NCBI GenBank assembly: GCA_028066355.1
Contig: JALCBP010000004.1
Coordinates: forward strand, 1,083-65,082
Reading direction: 5' to 3'
Source of the DNA: Pirellulales bacterium
Lineage (GTDB): Bacteria > Planctomycetota > Planctomycetia > Pirellulales > UBA1268
DNA length: 64,000 nucleotides
This document shows positions 47,306 to 55,075 of this stretch, one piece after another. The notes beneath the pieces were generated by a model that saw only the letters and a program-made list of their open reading frames with translations, ran no database searches and was not told the DNA's origin. The stretch's first letter is position 1. Every line of letters starts with the position of its first letter. Made by a program: the position numbers and the translations under genes.

Positions 47306-48337
47306 CTAGTTGCCATAAATACGTGGTGTAGCGACAAGGCCATCAACGAGACTTTGGGGTAAAGGTGATGTTGCCGCCAGTAGCGAGCCGACGACACTTC
47401 CGCGATGGCATGAGTCGCCACCACATTGTGCATTAGAGCAAATTCCGTTTGCTGGCTTGCCAGCATGTCTATATGCAAGAAAAAGTGCGGCAGGAAATGC
47501 ATCAGGAATGTAGCAAGCTGACGAGAGTATTCCGCCAACAACAACGCGGTCAGGGTGGTCTTTCCAGCGGGCGATCTTTGCCTTCGACACCCACTGAGAA
47601 GCTTCTTCCAGAATAGACTCCCTCAAGTCTGCTCCGCGGCTGACGCTAGCTAGTATTCGCACCAGAACATCAGCAGCACTAAGCACCTCATGATCTTTAT
47701 GGGTAAGAGAAACGTGAGTCTGAACTATCTCACGAATATCAGGATGTCGTGGACCGATCGCGGCGATAATTGCTGGCACGGCGACAAGGCCACCAATGTG
47801 AATATCACGTACGCCACAATTGATTGGCTTTCGACCAGAGGCGTAGTTGGTGAAAAAGTGCCGGTGGTACTCTTCCACATAGGTGTCATTGTGCTTTTTA
47901 GGAGTAAGCATAAAGCTGACATAATGATCGAGCCAGCGGGTGGCGTCGTAGTGCCCGGATCGACGAATCAATTCAAATAGTTCGATCGCTAGAAGTGAAT
48001 TGAGTGTGTTTTCACCAGCTTTCAGGAATTGGTGGTAGTGGACACCTCGTCTCCCCCAGTACTGTGCTTGCTCGCGTAGAATGTCGCCATTTGCATTAAG
48101 CGGCTTGTATTCGGATCTCCAAAGAATACTGTCAGGATGAAGTTTTTTTGGCTGGTGATAGGAATCAAGTTTCCCAAAATCTCGCTCGATTGCAGATTGG
48201 TTGTAGTACCAATGAACAGGCATAGCGATGCTGTCAGCTACCATTGCACCAAGTAATATCTGTTTGCCAAAAGAAGAAGCCGAATGATCTTCGGTCTCAA
48301 CAGTGCATTTTTCTTCTTGATTTGATTGACTGTTCAT
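47306..48337 (-). CDS. ADP-ribosylglycohydrolase-fold protein (non-canonical C-terminal motif)
   Basis: The N-terminal LLGAMVADSIAMPVHWYY and the C-terminal GGDSCHRGSVVGSLLAA match the family layout, where GGD(T/S)D(T/S)xAAIAG is expected. The ATG overlaps the upstream ATPase stop (ATGA at 48334-48337). Confidence 0.78.
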   Translation of the reverse strand: MNSQSNQEEKCTVETEDHSASSFGKQILLGAMVADSIAMPVHWYYNQSAIERDFGKLDSYHQPKKLHPDSILWRSEYKPLNANGDILREQAQYWGRRGVHYHQFLKAGENTLNSLLAIELFELIRRSGHYDATRWLDHYVSFMLTPKKHNDTYVEEYHRHFFTNYASGRKPINCGVRDIHIGGLVAVPAIIAAIGPRHPDIREIVQTHVSLTHKDHEVLSAADVLVRILASVSRGADLRESILEEASQWVSKAKIARWKDHPDRVVVGGILSSACYIPDAFPAALFLAYRHAGKPANGICSNAQCGGDSCHRGSVVGSLLAATSPLPQSLVDGLVATPRIYGN

Positions 48338-49062
48338 CGTAGGACTTGCTTAAAAAAAGATGCTACCCGGGTATTATCGGTGTTTTCAAATACACTTTCA
48401 GCTGGTCCGTGTGACAGGACTTTACCATCACCTATAAAGGCAATTTCATCAGCGACTCTCCGGGCAAAGTTCATTGCGTGAGTGACAAGGACAAAATCAG
48501 TTCCAGAATCTTTCAGGACCTCAATCATATCAAGTACTTCAGCGGTCATCTCGGGGTCGAGGGCAGAAGTCGGTTCGTCAAGAAAGAGCCGCTTTGGTCT
48601 TACGACCATCGCACGAAGTATTGCTATTCTTTGGTTTTGCCCACCAGAAAGTTCTGCAGGGCGCTTGTCCGCGTGTTCATGAAGATGGAATCGCTTCAAA
48701 GGTTCTTCAACTCTGGCTAATGATTCATCACGGCTTAATCCGTGGACATGCACGAGGGGAAGGATTAAATTTTCACGAGCAGATAGGTGCGAGAAAAGGT
48801 TATAGGATTGGAAAACCGTGCCAATCGTACGTCGATAGAGTCGAAGGCTTGCTTCGTCTCGGCCTAGGGTGGTCTCATCAAATGTGACTGTTCCACTGAT
48901 TGGAGTATCAAGGCCTGCGAGGATTCGGAGGAGTGTAGACTTTCCCCCGCCAGATGGTCCAACCAGAACCAGGGAGTTCACTGTCCCTGTTTCGACTGAT
49001 AGTTTGTCGAGAACACGTGTGGAACCAAAGGCTTGTGTGAGTTCTTTTATGATGAGTTGCAT
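48334..49062 (-). CDS. Polar amino acid ABC transporter ATP-binding protein
   Basis: Walker A GPSGGGKSTLLR, signature LSGGQNQRIAILRA and Walker B LFLDEPTSALDP. The start is taken at MQLIIKEL (49062), while the ORF opens at 49116. Confidence 0.93.
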   Translation of the reverse strand: MQLIIKELTQAFGSTRVLDKLSVETGTVNSLVLVGPSGGGKSTLLRILAGLDTPISGTVTFDETTLGRDEASLRLYRRTIGTVFQSYNLFSHLSARENLILPLVHVHGLSRDESLARVEEPLKRFHLHEHADKRPAELSGGQNQRIAILRAMVVRPKRLFLDEPTSALDPEMTAEVLDMIEVLKDSGTDFVLVTHAMNFARRVADEIAFIGDGKVLSHGPAESVFENTDNTRVASFFKQVLR

Positions 49063-49082
49063 AGTGTCACTTGGGGTGCTGG

Positions 49083-49817
49083 TTATCTCTCGTAACTGAA
49101 TGCTTTTTCGAGCCATCGAGAAGCAGCTGATAGTGGTAAGGTGAGCATGAGGTAGCCAATCGCAAGAGGTGCGTAACTCTCAAGTGTTGAGTATGTAAAA
49201 GAATTCACTTCACGAGCATTCAGCGTGAACTCGGAGATGGCAATAACAGAGAGAAGCGAAGAATCCTTGATAAGAGATACAAGTTGACCTGCTATAGCAG
49301 GTAAGACAAGCCGAACGGCTTGAGGTAGAATCACGAGTCGAAATGATTGCCATCGTGTAAGTCCGATAGCGCGAGCAGAGTCTCGCTGCGTCTTGGGGAT
49401 GGCATTTAGTCCTCCTCGAAATATTTCAGCCATATACGCTCCGCTGAAAGCAGCCAGTACCAAGGTGCCTACCACGAAACGGTTTTCGAGACCAACGGCA
49501 CTTGCTATCACATAAAAACCAAGAAGCAGTTGAACAAGTAGCGGTGTTCCTCGAATAAGCTCCACATAGATTCTTCCAGTTGCTTCAAGAAGTGGATTTC
49601 GAGCACCCAAAAACAACGCGACAACAAGGCCTATTGCCACACTGAGTATCAGGGCTGCAACACTTAATCCAAGAGTAACGATCCAGCCGAAAAAAAATTT
49701 CTGTCGATACTCCCAGACACCAGACCAGTTCCAGTCGCCAGGCACTTGCCAGCAAGCAAGAATAAGTAGAAGGGTAACTGCCGTAGCAACAGTAAGATGG
49801 GCAACAGAACGGGACAT
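49083..49817 (-). CDS. Polar amino acid ABC transporter permease (HisM/GlnP type)
   Basis: 244 aa with about 5 TM and the EAA-like loop AIPKTQRDSARAIGLTRWQSFRLVILPQA. Confidence 0.9.
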   Translation of the reverse strand: MSRSVAHLTVATAVTLLLILACWQVPGDWNWSGVWEYRQKFFFGWIVTLGLSVAALILSVAIGLVVALFLGARNPLLEATGRIYVELIRGTPLLVQLLLGFYVIASAVGLENRFVVGTLVLAAFSGAYMAEIFRGGLNAIPKTQRDSARAIGLTRWQSFRLVILPQAVRLVLPAIAGQLVSLIKDSSLLSVIAISEFTLNAREVNSFTYSTLESYAPLAIGYLMLTLPLSAASRWLEKAFSYER

Positions 49818-49968
49818 AACTATATCATTGGGTCTTTGCGTGAAATAAACGGGCGGGAATCGTTGGGAAGTCTACCGGTCGCCTTATGATTAAGTGTAGG
49901 GTCGACTCGCACTTTTCTATGGCTGGTTGTCCGTCCTATGGCAGCACGAAGAATATGGGAGTTTGTGC

Positions 49969-50781
49969 TCAAAAGTAGAATGGGATGTTGTGTGCCTTAA
50001 AATAGGCTTTTTCATCCGGTAGAAATTTTTTTCCAAGTTTCTCGAAGCCGCCTGTATCTTTAAATTTCTGAAGAAATTTATTGATTTCTTCAAGCAGTGT
50101 GATGTCTTGTTTTCGAAGCCCAATTGCCCAGGTTTCCTGATGAAATGGATTGAGGATTGCTCTGGTTGTCTTTGGGTGGCGGCGATGATGGCGATATACG
50201 GAAAGTGAGTCATAAATGAAAGCATCTACTTTGCCTTGCATGACTTCAAGCACGGCAGCGGACTCCATATCCAAGACAAATACGTGAGCATTTTTGAGTT
50301 TTTGAGTCGCGTATTTGTGAGCAGACGTTCCTAGTTTGACAGCTATACGAACACCCGGTTTTGTGATGTCGTCAGCTGACAAGATCGGTGAATTTTTTCC
50401 GACAAGGAGAGTTAGCCCAGTTTTCAGATATGGGTTTGAGAAAGCGATTGCCTTGGCCCGCTCTGGCGTTGATGTCATAGATGAAATGATGCAGTCAATT
50501 GTCCCGGTTCGCAGGGCTGGAATCAGTCCATCGAACGCAATATTTTCAATAAGAATCTTGCGACCAAGGTGTTTTCCAAGTGAGTGTGCTAATTCCACAC
50601 TAATGCCGTCTGGCTGACCTGCTGTATTAGTCATCTCAAATGGCGGATAGGAAAGTTCCATGCCAACCCGAAGAGCGGGTTGGGCTGCTTTTGCTTTAGA
50701 AAACGAAATTTCTTCAGTGCATGCGATGAGTGTGATGAGGATTCCAATGACGTAATACAAAGTGGGTTCTCGGTTCCGCAT
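49969..50781 (-). CDS. ABC transporter substrate-binding protein (family 3, polar amino acids)
   Basis: An N-terminal anchor or signal, then LRVGMELSYPPFEM, DCIISSMTSTPERAK and VKLGTS, which are typical of family 3 SBPs. Confidence 0.9.
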   Translation of the reverse strand: MRNREPTLYYVIGILITLIACTEEISFSKAKAAQPALRVGMELSYPPFEMTNTAGQPDGISVELAHSLGKHLGRKILIENIAFDGLIPALRTGTIDCIISSMTSTPERAKAIAFSNPYLKTGLTLLVGKNSPILSADDITKPGVRIAVKLGTSAHKYATQKLKNAHVFVLDMESAAVLEVMQGKVDAFIYDSLSVYRHHRRHPKTTRAILNPFHQETWAIGLRKQDITLLEEINKFLQKFKDTGGFEKLGKKFLPDEKAYFKAHNIPFYF

Positions 50782-51530
50782 GTGGCTGTCCAGTACTCCT
50801 CACTCAAAAGTTTTTATTAGTATATGAAATCCGAGAGTTCTGCAGGAATACACACGGTGATTCGAGTGACGGTACATTTCTTTGGAGCTGTAAACACTTA
50901 ATGTTAAACTTAATCGTACGGTTTGGCACAGGTTGCCTAGCACGGGGTGCCTATACTGCTTTGATAAACAAGTTCGTTATGACAAAAATTTATGCAGCGT
51001 TGTTCTGTTGCTTGCCTCTTTCAATTGCTTTTGCAAATGGGCGCGATCAAGATCCGACCAAGGTAGAGTTCTTCGAGCGTCTGTACAAAATGGATATTCA
51101 AGGAGTGAAGCCTTACGAGGAATATCAAGGTCCGGACACCTTCTATTCAGAGATCGCAAGGCATTCCACAGGTTGCGCACACTGCCGTTGAAAAAAAATT
51201 GGATGGAAGCAGAACGACAAGAGATTTTCTTATGCGACCATGATTAAGGGTGGTGAGATATCACGTGATTGGGGTGTGATGGTAACAAGAGTTCCCGTGG
51301 CTCTGCAAAAAGCTCAGTCGGTAGAAGAAAGAAAAGCAATCTGCCAATTAATTGAGACGAAGTTTGTAGTAATTTCATACGATGGTGATATTTCTTTTCC
51401 GGAGGTTGGAACATCCGGTCGTAAAAAGACCAAGCCTGTGCAGCCGAATCTCTAATACGAGACATTGGCGTTATAGAAGGCCCTCAATGCCAGTGATCCT
51501 GGTTTGATTAGGTGCTATCCACGTGCAATT

Positions 51531-52472
51531 TTATCTTTTGGTGGCTTGAGTGAATCCAGCGTCGATAAGATCAAGATAGCCAGGTTTCAAGGCACGCGCG
51601 TCATAGCCACGAGATGATAATATTCGCGCCGCCTCGAGGCAGCGGCTGCCGGATAGACAGTGACAGTAGATTATTTTATTGCCGGGAAGACAGTCGTCTA
51701 AATTGTGCTCGGTAGTGGTTCGAAGTTCGCTGAGAGGGAGAGACTGCGCAAGAGATAGATGACCACGTGACCATTCCGTTGCCTCACGAACATCTATGAG
51801 AATAGCATCTTGAGCCATTACGTCGTGCTTTACCTTGGCAAGCGTGTCCTCCGTGTGGGTTTCGGCAAGGACATGCGTACCTGTTCCAATAACAATTGCT
51901 ATCAGAAGCCCTGTTGTTTTGCATGTGTTTCCAGAAGACGGCGACTGATTCCATGGCATTTTTGCAATGACCATTCCCATTCCGCATGTGTCTGTGGTTC
52001 CAGCAAAAACAAGACCTGCTCCGATGAATCCGGCAAGACATAGGCCAAAACATTTGACCTCGGTGGTTCCGCCAAATGATGCGAGGAGGACACCACTAAA
52101 CACAAGTAATCCCGCTGCGATACGGACCTGTCTCTCAAGAGATATCGTTTTGCGTCCTCGAACAACCGGGAGGCCTGCGGCCTCACAGGCGACGGTTCCT
52201 CCATCAACATTAATAGCCTTTTCAAACCCAGCAGCGAGCATCGCATCACAGGCCTTTTTGCTGCGACCTCCAGACTGACAAACAAAGTACAGGAGACCAT
52301 CTTTACCAGGACTCGATGCCAGTGACGTAGCGTCAAGGCGATCAAGCGGTATGTTCTCTGCATTCTGGATATGGAGGTCGCTGAACTCCCTTGGTGTACG
52401 GACGTCGATAACCCTGATGGAGTTATTTTCGAGGCGGTCGAGAAGTTCTTGAGGAGAAATGTTTTCAGCCAT
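51531..52472 (-). CDS. Rhodanese - DUF2892 membrane domain - rhodanese fusion protein (YgaP-like with a second rhodanese)
   Basis: Rhodanese 1 has the active loop CQSGGRS. The central hydrophobic block has the GxCxxG pattern (CFGLCLAGFIGAGLVFAGTTDTCGMG). Rhodanese 2 has CLSGSRC. Confidence 0.85.
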   Translation of the reverse strand: MAENISPQELLDRLENNSIRVIDVRTPREFSDLHIQNAENIPLDRLDATSLASSPGKDGLLYFVCQSGGRSKKACDAMLAAGFEKAINVDGGTVACEAAGLPVVRGRKTISLERQVRIAAGLLVFSGVLLASFGGTTEVKCFGLCLAGFIGAGLVFAGTTDTCGMGMVIAKMPWNQSPSSGNTCKTTGLLIAIVIGTGTHVLAETHTEDTLAKVKHDVMAQDAILIDVREATEWSRGHLSLAQSLPLSELRTTTEHNLDDCLPGNKIIYCHCLSGSRCLEAARILSSRGYDARALKPGYLDLIDAGFTQATKR

Positions 52473-52782
52473 TTGTTTTTCCTTTTGGAAACGCTACTTG
52501 CTTGTGACATTCTTAACGATCGGGTGGATACGGAAACTAGTAGTTATTTAAAGATATAGGCTTCTTTTGGCTGTTTCGTACATTGGTCTATGAAGTCACT
52601 GTTATTTTGTCAAACTGCTGGAAGAAGTAGAAGCGACCGTAATGTATTTTTTGATGACACGGTAGTTTGTTGGCTCTTGGGGGAGTGATACCGATAAGTT
52701 TATTCACCGCATTTACACTGCCATCTCACGTTCTACGAGAGTATTTCCAATTCTGTTTTGAGTAAGAACAAGGAATTCTTAG

Positions 52783-54471
52783 ATGAGTTCAGAAAAAAAA
52801 ACACATGATCGTCTTGCTTCGGAAAGATCACAACTTGAAGAAGCTCAAGCTGCTGGTTTTCGTCGTACTCTGGCAACGTATACGCGACTGTCGGGCCCTG
52901 GCTGGCTGCAATCAGCTATAACGCTTGGTGGCGGATCTCTGGCTGGATCACTTTATTTAGGTGTTATTGGTGGGTATGAATTTCTTTGGTTGCAGCCTCT
53001 CATGATGATGCTCGGGATCGTAATGCTTTCAGCGATCGCTTACGTTACCCTGTCGACAGGAAAACGACCGTTTCAGGCCATGAATGAGCATGTAAGTCCG
53101 GTGCTCGGTTGGGGCTGGCTTGTTGCTGCAATGATGGCAAATCTGGTCTGGGCGATGCCGCAGTTCTCGTTAGGGACAGCAGCACTCCAGCAGAATTTAT
53201 TTCCACAATATCTTGCTGGTGATTCTGCAAAACTAATTTGTGTTCTTTGTTTATTTCTACTCGCTGCAATGGTGGTCTGGTTTTATGACTCGCCTGGATG
53301 GGGAGTTCGGATCTTTGAGTGGTCCCTAAAGGCAATGGTCGGGCTTGTTGTACTCAGTTTTTTTGGTGTTGTAGTAGCGATGTCCTGGAAAGGCGAGTTG
53401 GAGTGGGTGAGCATCGGGAAAGGTTTTGTGCCAGACTTTAGCCTTCTTTGGCGTCCGGTCACCGGATTGCAGAGTTTCATTGATGAATCAAGTGCTCCTG
53501 ATTTTTGGACCGCAACTATTCTTCGCGCCCAACGTGAACGGATGATAGCCGCAGCTGCTACTGCGGTTGGGATCAATATGACTTTTCTCTTGCCATACTC
53601 GATGCTGCGCAAGGGCTGGGATCGATCTTTCCGGGGCCTAGCCGCTTTTGATCTATCGACAGGTCTTTTCGTTCCGTTTCTTATTGCAACGAGTTGTGTT
53701 GTAATTGCTGCTGCCAGCCAGTTTCATGCTCGATTTGATGAAAAACTTATCAGTCAACCTGCAGCTGATATTAACGGTTCCTATAGAGACAATCTTGAAA
53801 AAAGGGTGAAAGCAGACGCGGGTTCAGCGGATGGTTCCATTCTTAGTCGATCAGAGCTGGATGCAAAAATCGATGCTCTGCCAAGAGTAGATAGAAAACT
53901 CGCATATATGTTGATTAAGCGGGATTCTCTCGACCTTGCATCTGCCTTAGAAAACTTATTTGGGAAAGGTGGTCTTACTCAAAAAGTTTTTGGTATTGGC
54001 GTTCTAGGGATGGCTATTTCGACAATTGTAATTTTAATGGTGATTAACGGTTTTTGTGTTACTGAGATGACACAGCGAGATGGTGATCGGGTTGTGCAAC
54101 GCCTTGGAGCGATACTACCCGGCATCGTTGGTGGTCTTGGATTCCTTGCCTTATGGGGAGATGATCAGGCACGTTTTTGGCTTGCGGTACCAACAAGTAA
54201 TTTTGGTATGGTGCTATTGCCGATTGCTTACATCGCCTTCTTTTTCATGATGAACAGTCCATCTTTACTCGGCGATGCGATGCCCAGAGGTGTCTTGCGA
54301 ATTATTGCCAACGTCGTAATGCTTGCGGCGATCAGTGCTGCGAGTATTGGTGCAGGCCTGAGCGTGTGGGAAAACGTTGGCTGGATTGGTGTCGCCTTTG
54401 CTGCTGGATTTGTTGTGATAAGTGTGGTGAATGCCGGGTCAAGGCAAACAGCATTGCTGAAACGTCAATAG
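52783..54471 (+). CDS. NRAMP-fold (SLC11-like) transporter lacking the canonical metal-binding motifs
   Basis: LSGPGWLQSAITLGGGSLAGSLYLGVIGGYEFLWLQPLMMMLG aligns by eye with the MntH segment [32 protein letters not shown]. It has about 11-12 TM plus a ~100-aa soluble insert. Confidence 0.72.
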   Translation: MSSEKKTHDRLASERSQLEEAQAAGFRRTLATYTRLSGPGWLQSAITLGGGSLAGSLYLGVIGGYEFLWLQPLMMMLGIVMLSAIAYVTLSTGKRPFQAMNEHVSPVLGWGWLVAAMMANLVWAMPQFSLGTAALQQNLFPQYLAGDSAKLICVLCLFLLAAMVVWFYDSPGWGVRIFEWSLKAMVGLVVLSFFGVVVAMSWKGELEWVSIGKGFVPDFSLLWRPVTGLQSFIDESSAPDFWTATILRAQRERMIAAAATAVGINMTFLLPYSMLRKGWDRSFRGLAAFDLSTGLFVPFLIATSCVVIAAASQFHARFDEKLISQPAADINGSYRDNLEKRVKADAGSADGSILSRSELDAKIDALPRVDRKLAYMLIKRDSLDLASALENLFGKGGLTQKVFGIGVLGMAISTIVILMVINGFCVTEMTQRDGDRVVQRLGAILPGIVGGLGFLALWGDDQARFWLAVPTSNFGMVLLPIAYIAFFFMMNSPSLLGDAMPRGVLRIIANVVMLAAISAASIGAGLSVWENVGWIGVAFAAGFVVISVVNAGSRQTALLKRQ

Positions 54472-54485
54472 GCTTCTAATTCCCA

Positions 54486-55040
54486 ATGCCTTATGAAGAT
54501 AGTCTTCCACTGGTCGCTTCGCTCTTCTTGCTTGCATCTATTCTTTTTTGGATCTGGCGATCAAGTGGACAGAATCAATGGGTGATTGCAGCATTGCTGA
54601 CTTTTGCAGTGAGTTGCGGGGTGGCGGCAATTGATTTCTTTAGCCAGACTGATCGAGAGCAGGTAGAACTTTTACTGCCTGATCTCGCTAAGGCTGTCGA
54701 GGAAAAGGATCTTGAGACGCTGCTCAGTGCGATTGCTCCTGAAATACGTCCGGTTCAAGAGCAGGCGGAGAAAGCGGTTCGAGAGGTTAGGCCGAGTCAG
54801 GTTCTCATAACTCGTCTTGATGTGGATGTTTCGTACGACAAGGAACTTCCAGTGGCTGTAGCCGAACTACTTGTTCGTGTCAGAGGCAAAATTATCGGAA
54901 GAGAAGAGGGAGTCGGAATCGTCAGTGCCACTGTGACACTGGAAAAACGTAACCGGTGGGTTGTAACAGAATGTATTGTGAAACCGGCTGATCTCGGGTA
55001 TGAGAGAAAAACAACACGGGCCGGACAGGTCAAACGTTGA
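54486..55040 (+). CDS. Hypothetical membrane protein (2 TM + soluble domain)
   Basis: 184 aa, 14 nt downstream of the transporter gene. No family was recognised. Confidence 0.55.
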   Translation: MPYEDSLPLVASLFLLASILFWIWRSSGQNQWVIAALLTFAVSCGVAAIDFFSQTDREQVELLLPDLAKAVEEKDLETLLSAIAPEIRPVQEQAEKAVREVRPSQVLITRLDVDVSYDKELPVAVAELLVRVRGKIIGREEGVGIVSATVTLEKRNRWVVTECIVKPADLGYERKTTRAGQVKR

Positions 55041-55053
55041 CCGCCGGCCCGTG
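55002..55053 (-). terminator. Strong nested hairpin: intrinsic terminator for the minus-strand gene 55076..56164, possibly bidirectional
   Basis: CACGGGCCGG (55015-55024) pairs with CCGGCCCGTG (55044-55053). This stem encloses GGTCAA-ACG-TTGACC (55028-55042). It is followed on the minus strand by TTGTTTTTCTCT (55003-55014). The hairpin spans the TGA stop (55038-55040) of the convergent plus-strand gene. Confidence 0.6.
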
Positions 55054-55075
55054 CCGCTACCAGTTATTTCTTGAG

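Noticed and set aside
51189-51260. A selenocysteine reading of the in-frame TGA at 51189.
   Set aside because: I found no stable SECIS-like stem-loop within about 40 nt downstream, since the sequence is A-rich (tgaaaaaaaattgg...). The flanking CAHCR context is not a known selenoprotein motif.
51902-52510. A 202-aa minus-strand ORF overlapping the rhodanese fusion gene in another frame.
   Set aside because: The 51531..52472 frame yields two clean rhodanese domains with catalytic loops, and the alternative frame has no recognisable features.
52660-52782. A possible yybP-ykoY (Mn2+) riboswitch upstream of the NRAMP-fold gene, suggested by TTGGGGGAGTGA ... GAGAGTATTTCCAA.
   Set aside because: Only a loose resemblance to the GGGGAGUAG / AGACC...CCUUU consensus. 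The candidate is about 25 nt too short for the four-helix architecture, and I could not build the P2-P4 stems by hand. The downstream transporter also lacks Mn-binding residues. A cmsearch with RF00080 would settle it.
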